Assembly (NCBI GenBank): GCA_964406315.1
Contig: CAYORG010000007.1
Coordinates: forward strand, 19,245 to 83,244
Direction: 5' to 3'
Source of the DNA: an uncultured Bacteroidales bacterium
Lineage (GTDB): Bacteria; Bacteroidota; Bacteroidia; Bacteroidales; UBA10428
DNA: 64,000 nt
A model generated the notes under the pieces. It was not told the DNA's origin. It did no database searches and was given only the letters and a program-made list of their open reading frames with translations. Below are positions 29,136-39,837 of the stretch, in pieces. The first letter of the stretch is position 1. Each line of letters opens with the position of its first letter. The translations under genes were made by a program, and so were the position numbers.

Positions 29136-29999
29136 TTATTTTAACTGAAATTCCTCAGGAAACTCATAAGATGCTTCCATATTGTTAACCAATTCATTAA
29201 ACAGTTTCTGACCAGTTTCCTTATCCAGAGAAAGCCAGCGCTCAATAATGGTGAGCTTGATCAGAAATGAAAATATTCTTTCAATGGTGAAATAATGGAA
29301 AAATACTTCATCATCAAGATAGTCCCATTTCACACGGTCAATCATTTTTTCCTGTTGTAAAAAATCGTCTTCATCAAGTGCCTTAAATATCCGATCGTGA
29401 TACGGAAACTCGTTATCAAGACCGAAATCCCTGGAACTGCTTCGGGTTAATTTCTCGACAAGATCACCTGTTCCAATCAATTGTCCCTCAACAGGTATAT
29501 TGTGTTTTTTACATTTGGCAGCGGTAAGCAAATTATTCAGATCGCGTTCAAATTGAAACCATTTGCTGATGAATAGGTTTGGATGAGAAATAGCATATTT
29601 GAAGTATAGCTCCGAGAACTGAAGCGCCCATCTTTTCCCTGATATTATAGGAGTTTCATTTCTATAGGCCTCGATAATTTTTCCAATATATCCTGGGACT
29701 CCCAATACTTTTTCATCAAAGGAATCTTCTTTAACAGCAGATAGTATAGTGTCAATTTCTTCCGTGTTCAGATTGCCTGATCTTTCGATAGCTTTTTTAC
29801 TGTTTTCAAGCTTTATCAGTACATTTCTGTTGTCATACCGCCAGAAAAATAACTTGAGTATGTTCATATCATCTGCTGGCAGATGATTGGAAAGCATGTC
29901 AAGTAATTCTGATGAATTCATCAACAATTTATTGTCCTCAAAAAGTAATTCTGGCAATCCGGCAACAAGGTAATGGTATTGTCTTCTCATAACTATCAT
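29136..29999 (-). CDS. V-ATPase-associated DUF2764-like protein (subunit C position)
   Basis: 287 aa between subunits E and A, with an ATGA overlap with E. Assigned mainly from operon position. Confidence 0.55.
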   Translation of the reverse strand: MIVMRRQYHYLVAGLPELLFEDNKLLMNSSELLDMLSNHLPADDMNILKLFFWRYDNRNVLIKLENSKKAIERSGNLNTEEIDTILSAVKEDSFDEKVLGVPGYIGKIIEAYRNETPIISGKRWALQFSELYFKYAISHPNLFISKWFQFERDLNNLLTAAKCKKHNIPVEGQLIGTGDLVEKLTRSSSRDFGLDNEFPYHDRIFKALDEDDFLQQEKMIDRVKWDYLDDEVFFHYFTIERIFSFLIKLTIIERWLSLDKETGQKLFNELVNNMEASYEFPEEFQLK

Positions 30000-30610
30000 G
30001 CTCCAAACAGGATTTCTACTAATTTAGGGCGAAGGTAATGTTTGAAAAAGTTTATAAAGTCTTCATCTGTAAATGATACTTTATAGCTTCCGTCCTTTGG
30101 GCCGACTTGAAATCCGGCATGAATTGTGGAATCAAAATCAACTGATACTCCTTTGTCGAGATACTTTTTTGCTTCCTTTTTGAAAAACTCGGCCATGTTT
30201 TTTTCATCCTTTGCCGGCAAAAGCAACGATAATTCCATACTTTGGCCTGAACTTGCCCAATTGGACAATAAGGTCCGGATGATTTCCTTTAAAAAATCTT
30301 TATCATTGAATGCTTCCTTTATTGAAGCACTTGTTATTTTATCATTAACAACATCTACAATTTGCTGTTTAAGAGCATTTATTGATTGTTTGCATGAAAG
30401 TTTAATTTCTGAATTCGTATTGGTCTTTGTTTCAGCAGCTTTTTTGGTTGCCTCATTTAAAATGGATTCTGCCTCTTTTTTAGCTTTTTCAATAATTTCT
30501 TTGGCTTCAGAATTTGCTGATTCTATTATTTGCTTTGCTTCAGCATTTCCTTTTTCAACTCCTTCCTGAAATATTTTTTCGGTAAGTTCCTGAAGTTTAC
30601 TCTGCATCAT
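29996..30610 (-). CDS. atpE: V-type ATPase subunit E
   Basis: 204 aa with a long Lys/Glu/Ala-rich N-terminal helix (EAKQIIESANSEAKEIIEKAKKEAE). First gene of the operon. Confidence 0.75.
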   Translation of the reverse strand: MMQSKLQELTEKIFQEGVEKGNAEAKQIIESANSEAKEIIEKAKKEAESILNEATKKAAETKTNTNSEIKLSCKQSINALKQQIVDVVNDKITSASIKEAFNDKDFLKEIIRTLLSNWASSGQSMELSLLLPAKDEKNMAEFFKKEAKKYLDKGVSVDFDSTIHAGFQVGPKDGSYKVSFTDEDFINFFKHYLRPKLVEILFGA

Positions 30611-31135
30611 TACTCTGTTTTATATGGATATTTTAGTGTTATTTTTATAACAGTGGCGCAATTTAGTGAAAGTTTCTCTGAACAAAAACTTTTTCCCTGA
30701 AGTCAGAACAATTTAAAATGCATTAAAATTAGAATTAAGAATTTCCAAAATTAACTTCTCTAAAAACAATTATTTTATCAGTCAGCGGACAAAAATACAA
30801 CTATATGTTATATGTTTGAAGGAATCTGTTGATTTGCTTTTAGATTCTGCGTCTTTTACCTGTTGTGAGCAGGTCAATAATTCAGGGAAAATACATGTGA
30901 AAGAAAAAACTTTCATATGTTTGGTTTAATGAAATTCAGAAGAATTGCAAATTTATTGAATATTTGATAATTAGGACCATTTCTTGACAAAAATCACTTG
31001 GATTTATTCTTTTTATGTTTCTTTGTTTTGGCTTTCCAGCATATGGAACAGGAGGTATTGCCGGCAGAGTTGTTATCGGGATGCTGTATACAGGATTGAG
31101 ATAGAATACTCAGCGTTTGCTAATTATGTTGTTTT

Positions 31136-32437
31136 CTAACTTGCTTTTAAATTCAGCAACTGGTAATATATTTCCCTGATTTTGCCAGCAGTGTCAGACC
31201 ATTTCAGGTTTTTCACTTCTTTGGAACCGTTGCTTTTTAAGAACACAGATAGTACCGGATAGGATAGTATTCCATAGATGGCATCCGCAATTGCATCAAC
31301 ATCCCAAAAATCAACTTTTATTGCATTATTTAGTACTTCCGAAACCCCGGACTGTTTTGAAATAATTACAGGTACATTACTATGAATGGCTTCAAGCGGG
31401 GCGATTCCGAAAGGTTCGGAAACAGAGGGCATAATATAGACATCGCTAATAGAGTACATTTGGAATACATCATCACCTTTCAGAAAGCCGGTAAAATGAA
31501 ATTTATCGGAAATGCCCAGCTTTGCTACATATTCTATCATTTTTTCCAGCAGATCACCTCCTCCGGCCATAACAAATCGTACATTATCCATTCTTTTAAG
31601 GATTTTATAAGCTGCTTCGATGAAATAGCCCGGCCCTTTTTGCGATGTAACTCTTCCCAAAAAAGTGACTATTTTATCACGAACTCCGATTTTCCATAGT
31701 TTTTTTATTTCGTCCTTATTCACGGGCTCAACACCATTATGCACCGTGCTAACCTTTAAAGGAGATATTCCATATTTATTGATCACAATATTCCTGGTAA
31801 AATTGCTGACTGTTACAATTTTATCTGCAGCTTCCATGCCTCTTTTCTCAATTTCGAATACACGTTTATTATGGTTTTCACCACAACGATCAAATTCAGT
31901 TGCATGAACATGGATAACAAGAGGTTTTCCGGATGTTTTTTTGGCTTCGATACCGGCCTGATATGTCAGCCAGTCGTGTGCGTGGATGACATCATGATGT
32001 TTTCTCCTGGCGATACTGGAAGCTACTACTCCGTAACGCGAGATTTCTTCAAACAAGTCTGCTCCATATTGTCCTGAAAATTCCATTGTTCTCCGGGAAG
32101 TATCGTCACCTGACGCCATTTTTCTTTTAAGTTTTTCCTGTAATAATTTAGCGTACTGTTCCGGGGAGCAATAGGAGGAGATCTGCCCACAGCATTGCAA
32201 CAATTTCCTTTTTTCAGATTCTATCTGTTCCCGGATAGTATTGTGTGGAAGTTCAATTTCACCGGCCGCAACCAACTGCATACCGGATTGGGTTTCATCG
32301 CCATATATTTTAGGCACAACAAATGTCAAATCAATATCATCAAACAAGGCCATGTTTTTGGTCAATCCAAAACAGGCAGTACCTAAACCACCAGTTATAT
32401 GCGGGGGGAATTCCCATCCGAACATTAATACATTCAT
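31136..32437 (-). CDS. GT4-family glycosyltransferase (glycogen-synthase-like)
   Basis: 433 aa with N-terminal FGWEFPPHITGGLGTA and a C-terminal EX7E region (SEPFGIAPLEAIHSNVPVI). Confidence 0.7.
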   Translation of the reverse strand: MNVLMFGWEFPPHITGGLGTACFGLTKNMALFDDIDLTFVVPKIYGDETQSGMQLVAAGEIELPHNTIREQIESEKRKLLQCCGQISSYCSPEQYAKLLQEKLKRKMASGDDTSRRTMEFSGQYGADLFEEISRYGVVASSIARRKHHDVIHAHDWLTYQAGIEAKKTSGKPLVIHVHATEFDRCGENHNKRVFEIEKRGMEAADKIVTVSNFTRNIVINKYGISPLKVSTVHNGVEPVNKDEIKKLWKIGVRDKIVTFLGRVTSQKGPGYFIEAAYKILKRMDNVRFVMAGGGDLLEKMIEYVAKLGISDKFHFTGFLKGDDVFQMYSISDVYIMPSVSEPFGIAPLEAIHSNVPVIISKQSGVSEVLNNAIKVDFWDVDAIADAIYGILSYPVLSVFLKSNGSKEVKNLKWSDTAGKIREIYYQLLNLKAS

Positions 32438-32736
32438 GGCCTTTCTTATTGGATTTAGTTTAAACCATGGGAATTGACTCTAATAAATTTATAATTTAAT
32501 TAGACTGTTAGCAATAATCAGGAGATGATATATCTCATCCATTTGTTGAAGAGGTTTAATAATGCATTGTACAAAAGGAATTTTTAATCAGGTGAGCAGA
32601 TCAGAATAATTGGATACAAATAGTCATATTGTTAATTTTATTTTTAAACTTGAATGCCAAACCTCCAATTAGTTGGCTATTTTTATTTTTTTATTAATTT
32701 TATGATAGGCTGTAATTATTAAGTAAAACAATTAGC

Positions 32737-33516
32737 ATGAGAAATATAGGATTTATTACTTTGATATTATATGGTATTTTTCTATGTTCATTTTTGACGG
32801 CTCAAAACAATGTAAATCTTTTGGTTAATGATTTTGTTTCTGACGATTGGAAAACAGTTAAAAATGCAAAAGAAAACCTTGAAAATTTAGAAAAGGAGGC
32901 CATAACAGAAATAATAAACATCCTTAACAGGGATGAAATTGTAAAGCTTACCAACACCGGTTCCCTAATTTATCCGGGAGCTGAGAGATTTTTTGGTCAT
33001 GGCCAAATTGTTGATTACGATATCGATAATCTTTCAATCAGGGCAGGATGGCTGTTAGAAGATTTAAGTTTTAACAACTTTGGTTTTTCTGGTTATCATT
33101 TGCCTGATGATGAGCTGATAAGTTTTATAAGAATCACATTCCCGGAATATTACAACAATTCAAATAACAGAAAAAAGATTGAAGCAAGCAGCTTTATGCA
33201 ATTAAGAAGTACAATTCACAAACTTAGTGTAGCCAATGTCATAGAATGGTGGGATGCAGAAAGTGAAGACTGGACACGCCTTGATGCGTTGGTAAAAGCC
33301 CTGCATAGTTACGACGAAAAGAGACAGGTTAAAGCATTATTTTATTTGCGAAACGGAACAACCAGATGCACAGGATTAACAAAGGACTATTATATTGACA
33401 ATATTTCCAAGGAGATTGTTAGATTGGCAAGTTCTGATACAAAACGTGTTTCAGAACATGCCCGTTTAATTCTTTTTGATACGAAATTTAGTTGGCTTGA
33501 CAGTAAAACCAAATAG
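32737..33516 (+). CDS. hypothetical secreted protein
   Basis: 259 aa with a signal peptide (ILYGIFLCSFLTAQ). No domain recognised. Confidence 0.5.
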   Translation: MRNIGFITLILYGIFLCSFLTAQNNVNLLVNDFVSDDWKTVKNAKENLENLEKEAITEIINILNRDEIVKLTNTGSLIYPGAERFFGHGQIVDYDIDNLSIRAGWLLEDLSFNNFGFSGYHLPDDELISFIRITFPEYYNNSNNRKKIEASSFMQLRSTIHKLSVANVIEWWDAESEDWTRLDALVKALHSYDEKRQVKALFYLRNGTTRCTGLTKDYYIDNISKEIVRLASSDTKRVSEHARLILFDTKFSWLDSKTK

Positions 33517-33590
33517 ATTTTCATTGATTAATAGAATAGGCATTATACAAAGACCTGTAACTTTGCTATTGAAAAAATAAAACACTGGAG

Positions 33591-33983
33591 ATGAAATTGA
33601 TAAGACTGATTGTAATTGCATGCTTGCTATTCGGAAATGCATTGAATTTATTAGCTCAGAAAGAAATATTTATTAAACAAATAGAGTTTAAACTTGATGC
33701 AATTAGCGATATAGATTATGAGAATGAGTATTTTGTGACCATTAAAATGAACAAAGGATCAAAATATGTATTCAGGGTAGTAAATCATATTGATGATTAT
33801 ATTGGTGAAGCAGTCGTTGAACTTATGGATGCAGACAACCTTTTATTGACCAACCTTTACCAGGACAAGTATTATGAAAACACCAGTTTTGTCTGCAATA
33901 AGACAGGGTTTTATGATCTGCTGGTCAGATTCAGGGATAACAAACTGGGCAATTCTGTGATAGATATATTACTTGTTCAATAA
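33591..33983 (+). CDS. hypothetical secreted protein
   Basis: 130 aa with a signal peptide (LLFGNALNLLAQ). No domain recognised. Confidence 0.5.
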   Translation: MKLIRLIVIACLLFGNALNLLAQKEIFIKQIEFKLDAISDIDYENEYFVTIKMNKGSKYVFRVVNHIDDYIGEAVVELMDADNLLLTNLYQDKYYENTSFVCNKTGFYDLLVRFRDNKLGNSVIDILLVQ

Positions 33984-34030
33984 AAACCTTTTATAACGAA
34001 GGATATCCAAACAGGAAAATGGTTGGATTT

Positions 34031-34456
34031 TTAAAATTTAAGTTCGAGGTACAGATCGGCCTCAGTACTTACCCAACAGGGTTCGTCGCATATATCTGAA
34101 ACATGTTTTAACTTTTGCCTGGTTCCATCTACAACCATTACCGTTCTGTCTTCAGATTCATATATTACTTTTGCAGAATATTCTTCATCTGCTTTCACCC
34201 AAATATAAGCCGGATCTTCAAAACAATAAAAAGTATCTATGAATTCACCTTCCTCTGCTTTTCCCTTATACAACAGCAATGGAATTTCCTGATAATCTGC
34301 GTTTTTTGTCCAATTTATAATAAGATCAACAGAATCAGGTTTAATTGTGTAACATTCATCACAATCAACATCCCAGGTAAACACTTTTTCTTCACAATAC
34401 GCGAACAGGAATAGAATAAACGATAGAGTAATGTACAATGTAATTTTCTGCATCAA
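34031..34456 (-). CDS. hypothetical lipoprotein
   Basis: 141 aa with lipobox LFLFAYC. Overlaps the upstream ankyrin gene stop by 4 nt. Confidence 0.5.
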   Translation of the reverse strand: MMQKITLYITLSFILFLFAYCEEKVFTWDVDCDECYTIKPDSVDLIINWTKNADYQEIPLLLYKGKAEEGEFIDTFYCFEDPAYIWVKADEEYSAKVIYESEDRTVMVVDGTRQKLKHVSDICDEPCWVSTEADLYLELKF

Positions 34457-35916
34457 TAAATTATTTCTTTATAAACAGGTTCTCTTACTTTTTTCCCGGG
34501 TATCAGAAAATGCAATCCCAGGGTGAATCGGTTCGGTGATAATCCTTCAACTTTAAAATCGATATATTCGTATTTGAAGGAAAAAACAACATGTCTTAAT
34601 CGGGTATAAATCTGCGCATGAGGTGATAAAATAAATTTATTATCCGGGTTTTCAGCAGATCCCCGATAACTTCCGTAAGTATACAGCAGTTGCCCGCCCA
34701 GTCCAAATCCTAACCAATGATCCTTCTCCCATGAATATACAGGCAATCGCTCTGTAAGGCCAAGATAAAAATAGGATCTTCTTTCCCAGTACTGGTAATA
34801 TAAGTTGTTATCGACTCCTTCCAATACTTCGGTAGCCACAATTCTTGTGGCGTATCCCAGATTCATACTGAGTCTGTACCTTGAATCATGCAAACCAATT
34901 CCTCCTCCAAGATTAAAATCGTGAGCACTTGCACTGAAATCGAAATGGATGGAACCATAATCAATGGACGGGGCGATGCCAGACCTGGCATTATTGACTT
35001 CAAGGATTTGAATTATGGAGTCATTTTTATTTTCCCTGGCAAGATTCAGTGGTCTGTAAGCATTTGAAATTTTGGAATTTACATCGGCTCCATGTTGAAT
35101 CAGGTACCGGGTCAATAATACATTATTAGTATTTACTGCAATAGAGATTGCGGAATAACCTGCATTGTTTTTCTTCTCAAGATCTGCTCCCTGCGATAAA
35201 ATCATTTCAATGATTTCCTGATGATTGTTCTGTGCAGCATAATGCAAGGCTGTATAACCGTTAATATCTTCTTTCTCAAGTGTTGCACCCTGATCGATCA
35301 AAAGTTTAGCAATGTCATAAAATCCGTAATAACCACAAACCATTAACGCAGTAATACCGTCATTGTCTTCTGCATTCACAGCAGCATCATAATAAAGAAG
35401 CATGTCGGCCATTTGACTGTAACCATAAGCTGAGGCATGCATAAGGGCAGTTCTGGAATCATGATCTTTAATATCTATATCAGCGCCTTTTCGAATCATC
35501 AATTCTGATATCTCAAGGTCATTGTTGCTTACAGCAACAATAAGAGCGGGCGGACCGTTAAAGGGTATTGCATCAGGATCGGCACCATTAAGTAAAAGTA
35601 TTTTTACAACTTTTTTATGCCCGTTCTGGACAGCGTACATCAAAGGTGTAACACCTTCCATTGTATGAACATTTACATTTGCCCCCTGGTTAAGCAGTCT
35701 TAGTACTTCTTCATCATATCCTTTGCTGGAACCAATGATCAGATTAAAATCCATATCTCCGGGATAATAATCAGAAGTATCAATTGTAACAAAACCGGTA
35801 TCCTGTAAAACGATCATACTGTCTAAAGTCTGCGAAGCTGAACAGATTGACGGGATAAAGAAAAGACAAATCAATACAAAAAACCAATTTAACTGCTGCA
35901 TTAGTTGTCTTTTCAT
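34453..35916 (-). CDS. secreted ankyrin-repeat protein with C-terminal beta-barrel-like domain
   Basis: The start is moved to the ATG at 35916 (MKRQLMQQLNWFFVLICLFFIPSICSA signal). About 8 ankyrin repeats (GVTPLMYAVQNGHKKVVKILLLNGADPD and others). The C-terminal ~170 aa have alternating hydrophobic/aromatic strands. Confidence 0.75.
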   Translation of the reverse strand: MKRQLMQQLNWFFVLICLFFIPSICSASQTLDSMIVLQDTGFVTIDTSDYYPGDMDFNLIIGSSKGYDEEVLRLLNQGANVNVHTMEGVTPLMYAVQNGHKKVVKILLLNGADPDAIPFNGPPALIVAVSNNDLEISELMIRKGADIDIKDHDSRTALMHASAYGYSQMADMLLYYDAAVNAEDNDGITALMVCGYYGFYDIAKLLIDQGATLEKEDINGYTALHYAAQNNHQEIIEMILSQGADLEKKNNAGYSAISIAVNTNNVLLTRYLIQHGADVNSKISNAYRPLNLARENKNDSIIQILEVNNARSGIAPSIDYGSIHFDFSASAHDFNLGGGIGLHDSRYRLSMNLGYATRIVATEVLEGVDNNLYYQYWERRSYFYLGLTERLPVYSWEKDHWLGFGLGGQLLYTYGSYRGSAENPDNKFILSPHAQIYTRLRHVVFSFKYEYIDFKVEGLSPNRFTLGLHFLIPGKKVREPVYKEIIY

Positions 35917-36042
35917 CCGTTTGGTAATTTCTTCATAAATATAGACGAAATGAATATTTTTTAGCAATATAATGAATCAATCTGAGAAAAAATTTTTAGA
36001 TGATGGCTGATTTCATAATTTAGCTTGAATTAATGGAAATTC

Positions 36043-38262
36043 ATGATGGCCAACTCTAACACTGCAAAAAGCTTTGGCACAGCGCCGGTTTTTTTTACGG
36101 CGATATCCACCATATTGGGAGCTATTCTTTTTCTCCGCTTTGGATATTCGGTTGGAATGCTGGGATTTATCGGTACTCTTGGAATTATTTTTTTAGGCAA
36201 TATGGTTACCATTCCAACTGCCCTTGCCATATCTGAACTCGCAACAAATCAACGAGTTGAGGGAGGAGGTGAATATTTTATAATTAGCAGATCGTTTGGT
36301 CTGAACATAGGTGCAACCATTGGTATTGCTCTTTACTTATCACAGGCAATTAGTGTGGCATTTTATATCATTGCATTTACTGAAGCCTTTTCTCCTTTAT
36401 TGGATAAACTGCCTCTTGATGAAGCATGGGCCCGTCGGATTGTGAGTATTCCCAGTATGCTTATATTGGCCAACATCATGCTTAAGAAAGGTGCTAACAT
36501 GGGTGTTAAAACCTTGTATATAGTTGTAGCATTGTTAGCAGCCAGTTTGGTTTTGTTTTTTCTGGGGAAAACGGATTACAGCCAGGTATTTGAAACCAAT
36601 TTGTTTTCTTTCAGGGCCGGGAATATCAATTCTTCATTCTTTTTAGTTTTTGCTATTATTTTTCCTGCTTTCACCGGAATGACTGCTGGTGTAGGCCTTT
36701 CAGGCGATCTTAAAAATCCAGGTAAATCGATACCTCTGGGAACAACATTGGCAACAGTATTGGGAATGATCATTTATTGTTTCATAGCGTATAAACTGGC
36801 TGTATCTGCTTCACCGGATGACCTGGTAAATGATCAATTGATCATGAGTAAGATTGCACGATTCGGCCCAATTATTATTCCGATCGGACTGGCAGCTTCG
36901 ACTATTTCATCAGCTATTGGTTCCATTATGGTAGCTCCCCGTACACTGCAGGCATTGGCACTTGATGATTCTTTACCACTCAGGGGTTTAAATAAAATAA
37001 TGGCCAGAGGAAGAGGTACGACAAATGAGCCATTTAATGCAACCTTCTTTACAAGTTTAATTGCTTTTGTTTTTGTATTTATCGGCGGTGTTGACTTTGT
37101 TGCACAAATTATTTCTATGTTTTTCATGGTTACATACGGTTCGATTTGTTTGATTTCTTTTTTGTACCATTTTGGTGCAGATCCATCCTACCGGCCGGTC
37201 TTCAAATCAAGATGGTATTTGTCTTTAATTGGATTCTTATGCTGTGCCTGGTTAATGTTTAAAATGCAGCCATATTATGCCATGATGGCATTTGTAGTAA
37301 TGATTATTCTCTATCTGATCGTTAGCTTTTTTCATAAAGACAGGGGGGGTATGGCCGCTATTTTTCAGGGAGCAATTTTTCAACTCAGTCGCAATATTCA
37401 GGTCTATATGCAAAAAAAGAAAAAAGACAGTAATTCGGAACGATGGAGACCATCTGTAGTTTGTATCTCACGAAGAACATTTGAAAATGATAAAGCATTG
37501 CAATTGCTGGGATGGATATCTGATAAATATGGATTTGGCACTTATATTCACCTGATTGATGATTATTTTTCATCAGCAACGAATAAAGAATCCTTAAAAA
37601 TTCTGGAAAGACTCATTGAGATTTCCGGCCATGATCACAATGCCTATATGGATACCCTGATATCTCCTTCATATACTTCGGCTATTGCCCAGACTGTTCA
37701 ATTGCCGGGAGTATCGGGAATGGCGAATAATATGATTTTGTTTGAATTTGACAAGGATGAAAACAAGGGCATACAGGAAATAATTGAAAATGTAGCACTG
37801 GCAAAAGCTGCAAAACTCGATGTTTGTATTTTAGCCTCTTCACAGCGTAAAATAATTTTTAAACAAGGCATACATGTATGGATAAGAAGTATTGATTTTG
37901 AGAATTCCAATCTTATGATACTTCTTAGTTACATTATCTTAGGTCATCCTGACTGGAAGAGAGGGAAAATTAAAATATTTGAAATAACCAAAGACGAACA
38001 GGTTGAAAAAGTTAAGGAAAAGCTTACGGATCTTTTACAAAGCGGACGTCTTCCGATATCTCCAAAAAACATTGAAATCATTGAAATGGGAGAAAATGAT
38101 AACCATAAGGATATTATCTCCGAAAGATCAAAAGATGCCGGTCTTACAGTTATAGGATTCAGAGAAGAAGCATTAAAACATGATAAAAATGTTTTTTCAG
38201 GCTATGATGAACTGGGCGATATCTTATTTGTCAATGCATCGCAACTTCGGGAAATCAATTAA
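36043..38262 (+). CDS. APC-superfamily transporter of the cation-chloride cotransporter (SLC12) type with large cytoplasmic C-terminal domain
   Basis: 739 aa with about 12 TM helices (FGTAPVFFTAISTILGAILFLRFGY, FPAFTGMTAGVGLSGDLKNPGKSIP) and a ~280-aa soluble tail. Confidence 0.7.
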   Translation: MMANSNTAKSFGTAPVFFTAISTILGAILFLRFGYSVGMLGFIGTLGIIFLGNMVTIPTALAISELATNQRVEGGGEYFIISRSFGLNIGATIGIALYLSQAISVAFYIIAFTEAFSPLLDKLPLDEAWARRIVSIPSMLILANIMLKKGANMGVKTLYIVVALLAASLVLFFLGKTDYSQVFETNLFSFRAGNINSSFFLVFAIIFPAFTGMTAGVGLSGDLKNPGKSIPLGTTLATVLGMIIYCFIAYKLAVSASPDDLVNDQLIMSKIARFGPIIIPIGLAASTISSAIGSIMVAPRTLQALALDDSLPLRGLNKIMARGRGTTNEPFNATFFTSLIAFVFVFIGGVDFVAQIISMFFMVTYGSICLISFLYHFGADPSYRPVFKSRWYLSLIGFLCCAWLMFKMQPYYAMMAFVVMIILYLIVSFFHKDRGGMAAIFQGAIFQLSRNIQVYMQKKKKDSNSERWRPSVVCISRRTFENDKALQLLGWISDKYGFGTYIHLIDDYFSSATNKESLKILERLIEISGHDHNAYMDTLISPSYTSAIAQTVQLPGVSGMANNMILFEFDKDENKGIQEIIENVALAKAAKLDVCILASSQRKIIFKQGIHVWIRSIDFENSNLMILLSYIILGHPDWKRGKIKIFEITKDEQVEKVKEKLTDLLQSGRLPISPKNIEIIEMGENDNHKDIISERSKDAGLTVIGFREEALKHDKNVFSGYDELGDILFVNASQLREIN

Positions 38263-38289
38263 ACATAAATTTTACATAAGTATTCTTAC

Positions 38290-39822
38290 ATGATAAAACC
38301 AGCTGAGCATATTTTAGTGATTTTCGGAGCATCGGGCGATCTGACTAAAAGAAAGCTTCTACCTGCGTTGTTTGAATTGTATTATCAAAAATTATTGCCC
38401 GATACTTATTCAGTATTAGGAGTGGGAAGAACTACCCTTGATGATTCATCATTCCGCAAAAGAATGCATGAGGAATTGCCTCAATACATTGCAAAAGAAC
38501 AAAATAGCCATAATCTGCTGAAGAGTTTTATTCAAAAGTTACATTATATTTCCTTGAATACTTCTGTTGTAAAAGATTATCAAAAATTAATTGATAAACT
38601 GGAAGTTCTTTCCGGGGATTCAAATCAGACAAAGAATTATATTTTTTATTTTGCGACACCTCCTTCCTTATATACAACAGTTACTGAAGCTCTTGCACAC
38701 TATGGTTTGAATAATAACCGGAACAATGCATGGACAAGAATTATAATTGAAAAACCATTTGGATATGATCTCAAATCGGCAAAAGAATTGCATGGCAAAC
38801 TGCTGCAATATTTTAATGAAGATCAGATATACCGCATTGATCATTTCCTGGGCAAGGAGACTGTTCAAAATGTTATGGTTACAAGATTTTCGAACGGGAT
38901 TTTTGAACCATTATGGAACAGAAATTATATTCATCATGTAGAAATCACCTCCGCAGAAAGTATTGGAGTTGAGAACAGGGGGGGATATTATGAACACAGT
39001 GGTGCATTAAGAGACATGGTTCAAAATCATTTGTTACAGATCGCTGCTCTTATTGCAATGGAGCCTCCATCGGTTAATAATCCTACTGCTATACGAAATG
39101 AGACCTTAAAAGTGTTCCAGTCATTTAAACCTTTAAATAAAAGTGATATAGAAGATCAGGTTATCAGGGGACAGTACACATCTTCAACTTTTCGTAGTAT
39201 TAACATGAAAAGCTATCGCGATGAAAAGGGAGTTGATCCTGAATCAAGGACAGAAACCTATGTGGCCATCAAAATGTATATTGACAATTGGAGATGGGGA
39301 GGAGTACCTTTTTATATACGAACCGGTAAAAGACTTCCCACCCGTGTTACTGAAGCGGTAATTCATTTTAAACCAACCCCACACAAATTGTTTTGTTTTG
39401 ATGAAATGCAGATGAACAGAGACAATCAATTGATTATTCGTATTCAACCTGATGAAGGTCTATTGTTAAAGTTTGGAATGAAAGTTCCTGGCACAGGATT
39501 TCGGGTGCAGGAGGTGAACATGGATTTTCATTATTCTGACCTGGGCGATATCAAAGTGCCTGAGGCTTATCAGCGTCTATTACTTGATTGTATGAATGGC
39601 GATGCGACACTTTTTGCACGTGGCGATGCCGTTGAAGAAGCATGGAGGTTTATAGATCCCATTCTTAAATATTGGAAATCAAATAGTGAAAATGTCCTGC
39701 ATGGTTATCCTGCAGGGACCTGGGGACCAAAGGCAGCTGAAGAACTTATTGAAGGGAAATATTTAACCTGGAGATACCCTTGTAAAAATTTAACAAATGA
39801 TGGAATATTCTGCGAACTTTAA
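38290..39822 (+). CDS. zwf: glucose-6-phosphate dehydrogenase
   Basis: 510 aa with the NADP motif GASGDLTKRKL and the active-site motif RIDHFLGKE. Confidence 0.95.
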   Translation: MIKPAEHILVIFGASGDLTKRKLLPALFELYYQKLLPDTYSVLGVGRTTLDDSSFRKRMHEELPQYIAKEQNSHNLLKSFIQKLHYISLNTSVVKDYQKLIDKLEVLSGDSNQTKNYIFYFATPPSLYTTVTEALAHYGLNNNRNNAWTRIIIEKPFGYDLKSAKELHGKLLQYFNEDQIYRIDHFLGKETVQNVMVTRFSNGIFEPLWNRNYIHHVEITSAESIGVENRGGYYEHSGALRDMVQNHLLQIAALIAMEPPSVNNPTAIRNETLKVFQSFKPLNKSDIEDQVIRGQYTSSTFRSINMKSYRDEKGVDPESRTETYVAIKMYIDNWRWGGVPFYIRTGKRLPTRVTEAVIHFKPTPHKLFCFDEMQMNRDNQLIIRIQPDEGLLLKFGMKVPGTGFRVQEVNMDFHYSDLGDIKVPEAYQRLLLDCMNGDATLFARGDAVEEAWRFIDPILKYWKSNSENVLHGYPAGTWGPKAAEELIEGKYLTWRYPCKNLTNDGIFCEL

Positions 39823-39837
39823 TAACTTGCTTTACCA

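Noticed and set aside
30611-31135. Regulatory RNA or small ORF in the 525-nt region upstream of the V-ATPase operon
   Set aside because: Apart from a short TTAGAATTAAGAATT patch (30722-30744) I could not support any conserved structure, exact promoter motif or ORF.
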